A program made the translations under genes and the position numbers. Shown here piece by piece: positions 57,095 to 64,000 of a stretch of 64,000 nucleotides of DNA (position 1 is its first letter; the number at the start of each line of letters is the position of its first letter). The stretch comes from Diplonema japonicum. Taxonomy: Eukaryota > Protista > Euglenozoa: Diplonemea. The stretch is taken from assembly GCA_964019335.1 (NCBI GenBank), contig OZ025655.1, forward strand, positions 496,001-560,000, written 5' to 3'. The notes under the pieces are model-generated. The model did no database searches. It saw only the letters and a list, made by a program, of their open reading frames with translations, and was not told where the DNA came from.

Positions 57095-58135
57095 TTAAGG
57101 AGCATTGAAACATACAGGGACAGAGTGCCTCGGTTGGAGGAGGCGGGGGCCAGGGGAGGGTACAAGAGGGATGCCAACCGACGACAGTGAAACACCGTGA
57201 CTGCTGTCTTCGGGGCTGGTGAGTAGTGTTCGCTTCGAGAAGGTACCTAGTGAGTGCCTTCTATTCGGTTGCGGGGACGGTGTAGGGTCTTGCTTCTGTA
57301 GCCGCTGCGTAATATCAGGGCGGGACATCCTGAGAGCTTCGTAGAGCTCTACTTGAACCGTCCAGATTTCAGCGGGTACAATGTTCTTCACACCATGTTT
57401 TGCGTTCTCAGGATTGTCCAGGCGCCTTAACGACTCCTCAACACGCTTCTTGTTATCGTTCGCTTGCTTGCCAGTGTACATTTTCTGCAGTGCGATGGGG
57501 CCTGCATGGAAAACAAACTCAGGCGGGGCGGGGATCGAGTCCACCTCTAAACCCAACACCTTCCTCTGCACAGCCTCCTCGGCCTCTATGGCCCGAGCCA
57601 TCAGAACTTGCCGCTTCCTCCGCCACTCCTTGTGCATCGCATAGTACCTAACAACCGTTTCCATGAACAACGTTGCGACGGTGTCTTTTTGTATCAGCAG
57701 GTCAAGTGTGCTGGACTCCAAGGCTCTTCTCATTCTCTCTGATATGGCTTCTTTACTAGAGCTCGATGGCTCGTAAAGCGACAGGCGTTTCGAGCGCTTT
57801 GCCTTTGCGTGTATTGTCTCGATTTCATGCAGATCGGGCGCATTTTTTAGCGCTCGTTGATCCCATTTCTTCAGTATCCTCGCAAACATCAAGTTCCGCC
57901 TGAACAAGTGCCGCCTGAAGGCACCCTGCAACACGATCACTGACTTTCTAACCTTCTTCAACATCACACCAAAAACGATGCCAGGGTGCACCGTGCTTAT
58001 CTTCAACCCATGCTTGACGGTCTCAGTTGCCTTCACGAGGTCAACGGACCCAGGATCGCACTTCAAGCTGTGCATCATGACGAACTCAAGACCTGAAAGC
58101 CGCGCCCTTGTCTTTCTCGGACCATTTCCCGACAT
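57095..58135 (-). CDS. Hypothetical protein with an IQ-like motif
   Basis: ATG 58135 follows a pyrimidine tract and CAG; VIVLQGAFRRHLFRR. Confidence 0.7.
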   Translation of the reverse strand: MSGNGPRKTRARLSGLEFVMMHSLKCDPGSVDLVKATETVKHGLKISTVHPGIVFGVMLKKVRKSVIVLQGAFRRHLFRRNLMFARILKKWDQRALKNAPDLHEIETIHAKAKRSKRLSLYEPSSSSKEAISERMRRALESSTLDLLIQKDTVATLFMETVVRYYAMHKEWRRKRQVLMARAIEAEEAVQRKVLGLEVDSIPAPPEFVFHAGPIALQKMYTGKQANDNKKRVEESLRRLDNPENAKHGVKNIVPAEIWTVQVELYEALRMSRPDITQRLQKQDPTPSPQPNRRHSLGTFSKRTLLTSPEDSSHGVSLSSVGIPLVPSPGPRLLQPRHSVPVCFNAP

Positions 58136-58223
58136 GGAACCTGCGTGTACCTGTAAAAGAAATATTGAAACCCGCATGCGAGAAGCATATAATACTCTTT
58201 ACTGTACACTAGCGTCTGCGACG

Positions 58224-59549
58224 TCAGCAAGGGCTCGGGGTGCCTGCCTTCACTGACATGCTAGCTATGCCAAGCCTCTCCGCGGTGGGAGGGTCGAGAA
58301 TAGGGAGGAGCCGTATGAGCTTTGAGTTCAAAGTCACGGCAGCTGTTCGGATGTTGGGAATTGTATTGTTGTACAGCATGTGCCTTTTATGAGGCGCGAA
58401 AGTAGAAGGTGCCATGTTGGGGACATAAATCTGCCTTGCTGCGGACTCAAGCAAAGCCTCGAACTCTGAACTGTCATCCACATCGACAGAGCCACCTATG
58501 GCACACCACAGGAGCTCCATTGACTCAGAGGAGCCCGACCCGTGCAGCGTGATCTTTTCCACAAGATCTTCCTTCCACCTAGCATGGTGCTTGGATAACG
58601 TCTTGAAGAGAGATTGCCGCAGAACCTCCTCTGCTACAATAGTCGACATCCCCAACCTCCCTGACAACGCTACATTGATGTTCCGCCGCTGCGGGAATTC
58701 GATCTGTAAGTCAGGAATGCTAGAGGCAGAGGCCCATGCCTCGTCCCACACCTTGCTTGATAGTTGAATCAATCGATGCTGCAAGCTTCTTGGTTGCTCA
58801 GCGTATGGGAAACACGCAGAAACCTGGTCACCTTCTTCGTGCTGAACTATTACTTCTTCCTGTTCCAATTCAAGCTCACTGCTTATCAACCCTGCTATCT
58901 TGCTAATTCCTTTTGAAGTCCTTGGGTTGTAGCCTTTTATCTCTACAATCGTCAGTGTTGTGTGTCCTGCATGATATACCTTACCGGTAAGAAGGACGTT
59001 AATGGTGTGGGGTGTTCGGAGGTGGATCCTATTACCCTTCCGAGTTTGTTTGAACTCGGGGTGTGTGGAAAGAATGGGCCCAGTGATCTCTATCTGGTTA
59101 TGGAGGAGGGTAAGGATGGCTGTGGAAGACATGGTCACTGCGAGCATGAAGGAGGACCAGTTCGATGACGGATCGTCGGTAACCTCTGCGTGCACTCCAA
59201 GCGGCTCTATCCCGCCATGCTCCAACCAGCTCTTGGGAACTGGGGGTTCTGGGAACTTGGAGTTCTGCCCTGTCTGTGAGAGGCACGCCGTCAGCCGTAT
59301 CAACTGCAGGCTCCTAATCGTTGCTGCTGATACCAACGCGCTTTTCCACTCCTGGTTTTCTATCTCCCCACGAAGCCGTTCCCTTGCCTCTTCGACATTC
59401 GCAGGGGCGTTCTCCACCCAGAAATCACCTCTTCCTTCCCACCATTCGGCCTCGGGTCCTAGGATCCCGAGCAGCGCTTCTTCAAGCTCATCAGCTTCGC
59501 CACGTTGGGCACGCTCACTGATCTCATCGATGCAGTTTTGAAAGGCCAT
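58224..59549 (-). CDS. Hypothetical protein, about 440 aa
   Basis: Long open frame with no motif recognised; start uncertain because of an out-of-frame ATG just upstream. Confidence 0.7.
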   Translation of the reverse strand: MAFQNCIDEISERAQRGEADELEEALLGILGPEAEWWEGRGDFWVENAPANVEEARERLRGEIENQEWKSALVSAATIRSLQLIRLTACLSQTGQNSKFPEPPVPKSWLEHGGIEPLGVHAEVTDDPSSNWSSFMLAVTMSSTAILTLLHNQIEITGPILSTHPEFKQTRKGNRIHLRTPHTINVLLTGKVYHAGHTTLTIVEIKGYNPRTSKGISKIAGLISSELELEQEEVIVQHEEGDQVSACFPYAEQPRSLQHRLIQLSSKVWDEAWASASSIPDLQIEFPQRRNINVALSGRLGMSTIVAEEVLRQSLFKTLSKHHARWKEDLVEKITLHGSGSSESMELLWCAIGGSVDVDDSSEFEALLESAARQIYVPNMAPSTFAPHKRHMLYNNTIPNIRTAAVTLNSKLIRLLPILDPPTAERLGIASMSVKAGTPSPC

Positions 59550-59668
59550 CAGCAAGGGTACACATTCCCTGGCAAGATAATGAACTAAAGGGACATAACA
59601 AACGATAAAAAATAATCAGGATTTTGTAACCGCTCAAGGTGCGAGGGTTGCAGATGGCGAGAGATGGC

Positions 59669-60316
59669 TTAGAGCTTGGCATCTTTCTGGAAAGAGGTAT
59701 TCAGGAAGGAAACAATGTCTTCAAACTCTTCAACGCACGTAGAGTGCGTCAAGTTGGGGTACATTTCCGTCGTTACGTTGGTGAAGTTGTAGTTGCGGAG
59801 TCTAGATGCTGCTCTATCAAGGCTCTTAGAAGACACTACGTCATCCCGGTCACCGTGGGCCAGAAAGATTGGTGTGTCGAGCTTTCCAAGGGGTGTGAAG
59901 CCTGAGCGTGCGGAGAGGAACGAAGACATGCCAACCACTGCTGCAAGCGGTTCAGCCTCGTTCAAGAGAGTGCCGACCGCCAAGGCTCCTCCCTGACTGA
60001 ACCCCATGACTGCTACTTGTTTCACATCCTTCTTTTCTTCTCTAACCAATGCTGTGATTGTGTGTGTAACATCCCAACATGTCTGTGACTCGAAATTCCA
60101 CCAAGAGTGCACCGAGTCGACCATCGGTGCAGATGGAAGAACAAACCTCGTGTTCCTCATCTTTGAAGCGAACCACAGCGCCGCCTCGTACCACCCCACA
60201 GCATTGTCGCCCCACCCGTGCAGGATAACGACCGTGTTTTTATGCTCGCATCCCTCGTAAGGGCCAATGAACAATTTCTTCTCCGCCCTGACGGCTCTTT
60301 CAATCGGTTTGGCCAT
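59669..60316 (-). CDS. Acyl-protein thioesterase / phospholipase-carboxylesterase
   Basis: LHGWGD, FVLPSAP, GFSQGG nucleophile, HGDRDDVV, LTHS: complete catalytic triad. Confidence 0.92.
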   Translation of the reverse strand: MAKPIERAVRAEKKLFIGPYEGCEHKNTVVILHGWGDNAVGWYEAALWFASKMRNTRFVLPSAPMVDSVHSWWNFESQTCWDVTHTITALVREEKKDVKQVAVMGFSQGGALAVGTLLNEAEPLAAVVGMSSFLSARSGFTPLGKLDTPIFLAHGDRDDVVSSKSLDRAASRLRNYNFTNVTTEMYPNLTHSTCVEEFEDIVSFLNTSFQKDAKL

Positions 60317-60568
60317 TATTATTTCCCCCTTCTTTTTCTCTTTTTATCTCTCTTCTCTCTCGCGTGCCCCTACCTGTGTACGTGTGACGCAATAAAACAA
60401 TAAAAAAAAAGAAGAATAGCTAAACATGCTCCACAGCTACTGGTCATAATGCCCAGTAGCCTCAGGAGCAGTCCTCCTGGTAAACCAGGTCGAGCATCGT
60501 GCTTGATCCCTTGCTCTGGCCGGTTAAAACCTTATTGGTCTCGGATGCGTGCACGCAGAAAAGAATGC

Positions 60569-61534
60569 CTAACCCCAAGCCACATCGACATCCATGAAGT
60601 CATCGTCTGGCGCACGGGCTGGCTCGTCTTGTGAAACATCTTGTGTCTGGATAGGCGCTTGTGACTGCATTAGCTCCGTGAGAGCGGACCACGTTTCGCA
60701 GGGGTGGTGTCTTTTCTTCCGTATGACTAGCGTCGTGAACAATCCAAGGAAATCCTTTTCGTCGGGGTAGATTTTGCCCCCTTTGTTCCATAGCTTTTTC
60801 TCATGAAGAAGCTCATTGAACGGCGGTGTGCTGTGATAAGTATACACGAACTCTGTAAGGTTCATGCACTCTAGAATCTCAAAACCCTGCTGCTCGGCGT
60901 TCCTGAGAACGGTGGTAAGATTGACGATAGGAGTATTCCGGATGTATGGCCGTAGGTCGATTTTAGTCGATCCCGTCCTTGTTTTCACACCGAGGTTTAG
61001 AACACCTCCGTATCCCTTGTTTTCCTTGTCGACAACTTCAAGGCGTATCAAACCGCTTTCAAGCACCATCTGCCCTTTAGATTCGACATGAATCTTTCGA
61101 TGAATCACACCACTGTCAAGCAAAACCGCCACGAAAACGCCACCACTGCGTATCGTCTCACCCACCTGACGAATGAACTCACTGACGAACCTCTCCCGTC
61201 CTGTATTTTCAATGATCGCCCTGCTAAATGCGATAACACCATCGTAATTGCCTGTTTGTTCGCTTCCAGGTATGAGGTCGCTTTCATGTGTCGGTTCACC
61301 GGCACATCGTATCTCCATTTCTGATTCGAGGTCCAGATCGGTGTCCTTCATTCCATGCACGGTCACTGACTTAATATGTTTCCCGTGTTTCAATCTCTTC
61401 ATAATCGCGGGGGTTCCTTCCCAGACTAGAACTTTTGATCCTGTAATATACTTCTTAACCATCACCTCATGTGCCCAATCCAATACGAGTTGAGTCTGTT
61501 TTCCATTAGCATTGCCAGTAGCCTCTTCCGACAT
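60569..61534 (-). CDS. mRNA cap guanine-N7 methyltransferase-like protein with a degenerate SAM motif
   Basis: LDWAHEVMVKKY, YDGVIAF, IRSGGVFVAVLLDS, IVNLTTVLRNAEQQGFEILECMNLTEF and DEKDFLGLFTTLVIRK follow the RNMT/Abd1 layout; motif I reads VLVWEGTP. Confidence 0.65.
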   Translation of the reverse strand: MSEEATGNANGKQTQLVLDWAHEVMVKKYITGSKVLVWEGTPAIMKRLKHGKHIKSVTVHGMKDTDLDLESEMEIRCAGEPTHESDLIPGSEQTGNYDGVIAFSRAIIENTGRERFVSEFIRQVGETIRSGGVFVAVLLDSGVIHRKIHVESKGQMVLESGLIRLEVVDKENKGYGGVLNLGVKTRTGSTKIDLRPYIRNTPIVNLTTVLRNAEQQGFEILECMNLTEFVYTYHSTPPFNELLHEKKLWNKGGKIYPDEKDFLGLFTTLVIRKKRHHPCETWSALTELMQSQAPIQTQDVSQDEPARAPDDDFMDVDVAWG

Positions 61535-61576
61535 CTCACCACCCAGGTGTATTTCTGAAATCAGTAATTAAACATT

Positions 61577-62315
61577 ATGATAAGTAATCTTCGATTCGAT
61601 TACTGAAGGAATGTGCTCTGGGACGTGCGAAGAGGCGGGCGAGATGATGGCGTACCTGAAGGCAGGAGCAAGATAGAACACAACAGGCGGCCAGGTGGGA
61701 GCAGCAATCTGAGGAGATGGCTAGGAGATTTAACCAGATGGAGGCGGCAATGGTGGCGCAGAACCACACTAATGCACAGGCACAGTACCAGATGGGATCG
61801 GCGATCCACGCACAGTCTGCACAGGCTCAAGCCGACCTGGCCCAGGAAATCCAGGACCCCGCCCGCTACCCCAACACCCCGCCCCACCGCGAACCACAAC
61901 AGCAGGACGCCACCATGAACCAACCGTCGTCGGACGTGTTCCAACCCAGGGTAGCCCCCCATCAAAAGGCTCCTGTCGGCATCGACCTAGACGACCTGCT
62001 GATGGCAGACAGGTAGGGTGCGCTGGTCATGGTAGACGATACCACCTTAGGGTCATTTAAAAAAGTATGAACTGCTCAGAAGCAGCTTGAGAAATTGCTT
62101 GAACAGCACCGTAGTGCTGACAAGCGGGTAATTGGGTAGTTTTCAACCAGCAATCTCACCATGGCGTCCCTGTTAGGTCATTGCCTATGGCTTCTTCCCG
62201 AGCGCAAGGATGCCCTCCCGGAACAATGGGACCAACTCACGTTTGAAACACCAACCCTTATTCTCCCCGTGTTATGTAGCTGCATAGAAAAGAGGAAAAT
62301 AGAAAAAAAGAATTG
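61577..62315 (+). pseudogene. Decayed plus-strand ORF, probable retroelement gag-like relic
   Basis: One frame of about 245 codons broken by five stops (TGA, TGA, TAG, TGA, TAG); Q/A/P-rich coiled-coil composition; the only plus-strand coding-like stretch. Confidence 0.5.
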
Positions 62316-62590
62316 ATCCGCATGAAACGGAACCGGCAGCCCTTTTCGACTTTCAAGGTTAGGAAAAGGAAAGGATTGGAAAAATAATAAATATCTGCTC
62401 TTCCAACTGCAGATCGGATGCACCAGAGATGGTTCCAAAAAAGAGGGAAAGGAAAGAAAAAGAAAATAGCTTGGCTTTGAAATCAGAGCCTGAGAAGAAA
62501 AAGAAAATCCAAATCGCAAAAGTCAGAAAATAATCAGGATCCCTCACAGAAAATACAACGAAGGTTCCAAATGTGAGACTCTTTCTTTAT

Positions 62591-63622
62591 TCAAAAAGAG
62601 CGGTGGTTTTTCAACACGTTTTTCATTCCATTCGTCTTAGCAAGCTGGAGGGGCGTACGTCCCTCGGACGAGACCACCTCGGTCAGAGCACCGTACTCAA
62701 GTAGCAGTTCTGCACATGAACAGTACCCGCGCCTTGCAACGTAATGTAGAGGGGTGAGATCTTGATTGTCTCTGCTGTTGATATCAGCCCCGTTCTCGAG
62801 GAGGAAAGAGCAGAGCTCGTTGTTTCCGAGTTTTGCGGCGCAGTGCAGTGGGGTGCGCTCGCCTTTATCCTTGCTGTGAACATGCGTTGAAACAACATCA
62901 GGGTTTCTTCGAAAAAGAAACTGTACCCCTTCCATCCAAGCAAGGCTCACTACTTTGTGGAGTAGCGTACCGCCCGTTTTGTCCCTCCACTCTAGGTCGG
63001 CTTTGAGAGTCGAAACAAAAACAGCAAAACACTCCTCTTCGCGATGCTCTGCTGCCAAGAAACACGTTTCTTTCTCCAAAGGCATCCCATAATCGAATAG
63101 CAACTGTGCCATCTTAAGTCGTTTGGTTTTCGCACAGAAGGACAGGTTACAACCATCGTACTTCTCCCAGTCATAAACGTGCGTCTGTAGCATGTACTCA
63201 ACTAACGGGAAAGAACACCATTGCACTCCGCAGGAAAGGATGCCGTTTGGGGGCAAGAAAACATGGTCCGGGTACGCTTCCATCATAATCAAGAGTGTGC
63301 TTCCCTTGTCTTCTGTTCGTCTTAAACGTAGTGTTGAATAGTCTTTCTTGGGACCAGCGCCAAATCCGAGGTGCGAGAGTTTCAGTTTTGCAGCACCAGC
63401 TCGGTCTACTATTACCTCCAACTCTGCGTCATCAACAATGTCTGTCTTTCCCATCAAGCCATCTGGAAGGGGTTCTCCTTCATACAATAGTTTAAAGCAC
63501 CTCGGGTGCATGTCAAGTTTGTCAGACACCATCTTTCTTAAACGTTTCATGGAAGTGGATTCAACGACCTCTACAGCGCCCACCATAGAACCCTCAACCG
63601 TTAAATGCAAAGTGATGGACAT
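62591..63622 (-). CDS. Ankyrin-repeat protein with an N-terminal ubiquitin-like domain
   Basis: ATG 63622; SMKRLRKMV..FKLLYEGEPL (UBL); TPLHCAAKLG..LLENGADIN, TPLHYVARRG, GRTPLQLA. Confidence 0.9.
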   Translation of the reverse strand: MSITLHLTVEGSMVGAVEVVESTSMKRLRKMVSDKLDMHPRCFKLLYEGEPLPDGLMGKTDIVDDAELEVIVDRAGAAKLKLSHLGFGAGPKKDYSTLRLRRTEDKGSTLLIMMEAYPDHVFLPPNGILSCGVQWCSFPLVEYMLQTHVYDWEKYDGCNLSFCAKTKRLKMAQLLFDYGMPLEKETCFLAAEHREEECFAVFVSTLKADLEWRDKTGGTLLHKVVSLAWMEGVQFLFRRNPDVVSTHVHSKDKGERTPLHCAAKLGNNELCSFLLENGADINSRDNQDLTPLHYVARRGYCSCAELLLEYGALTEVVSSEGRTPLQLAKTNGMKNVLKNHRSF

Positions 63623-63635
63623 GTTTGCCTGTGCC

Positions 63636-63652
63636 AAAAAAAAAAAAAAAAA
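63636..63652 (-). terminator. Pol III oligo(T) terminator of U6, also the pyrimidine tract preceding the ankyrin gene acceptor
   Basis: T17 immediately after U6, followed by GGCACAG|GCAAACATG. Confidence 0.75.
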
Positions 63653-63753
63653 GGTGATACTTTCTCGATTAATGCGTGTCATCCTTGCGCAGGGACCATG
63701 CTAATCTTCTCTGTATCGATCCAATTTTAACGGATGTTCCATTTCTGGACTCC
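63649..63753 (-). ncRNA. U6: U6 spliceosomal snRNA, full length
   Basis: Minus strand reads GGAGTCCAGAAATGGAACATCCGTTAAAATTGGATCGATACAGAGAAGATTAGCATGGTCCCTGCGCAAGGATGACACGCATTAATCGAGAAAGTATCACC then T17: 5' stem-loop, ACAGAGA box, AGC triad, ISL and Pol III terminator. Confidence 0.97.
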
Positions 63754-64000
63754 AGTGAATAAATTTTCTTTAAAGGGGGGTTATCATCGTGTGACTGCAT
63801 AAATACAAAACGCAGGTATGCCCCGATCCGAACCAATGGCCTCAAATGTTTTTTTTTTTTTACCACCGTATTTTCTTTTACCTCAGGCATGAAATAGAAC
63901 AAGAAGCAAGAAGTAGAAACACAAAAATGTACCAGAAGGCTACTTTTTAGTTTGCTGTGCCTGCATCGTTTTCCTGTTGTTTTTTTTGGTTGAAAAACTT

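Noticed and set aside
61577-62315. Stop-codon reassignment or selenocysteine readthrough
   Set aside because: TGA, TAG and TAA all terminate conserved genes in this window and no SECIS was found; pseudogene decay is simpler.

Overview
Eukaryotic (protist) genomic DNA, most likely a euglenozoan such as a diplonemid. That assignment is inference from 27 protein genes all on the minus strand, GTATG splice donors and the U6 sequence. Intergenic DNA is dominated by long A/T/G/C homopolymers, and most short ORFs in the supplied track are artefacts of them. I reconstructed 26 GT-AG introns by hand, 25 of them 36-66 nt long. About 16 have a poly(A)/purine tract instead of a polypyrimidine tract before the acceptor. 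Recognisable genes: CDF and ZIP zinc transporters, AGXT2-type aminotransferase, threonine dehydrogenase, hemC, PI-PLC, proteasome beta-3, a WD40 protein, a SET protein, a four-domain EEEE calcium channel, an acyl-protein thioesterase, a degenerate cap methyltransferase, an ankyrin protein and a full-length U6 snRNA. Mobile DNA: a hAT-like element, a decayed piggyBac and an unclassified asymmetric-IR/hairpin element; the last two lie inside the final intron of proteasome beta-3. Best novelty candidates: (1) the poly(A)-type micro-introns; (2) a 40-bp hairpin element present three times in A-tracts, whose loop is the splice-donor consensus; (3) a U6 gene whose terminator appears to double as the splice-acceptor tract of the next gene; (4) an apparently circularly permuted PARG-like macrodomain; (5) a miniature POP1-like protein. 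There is a 200-N assembly gap at 33981-34180. All homology calls are from motif recognition by eye; no searches were run.
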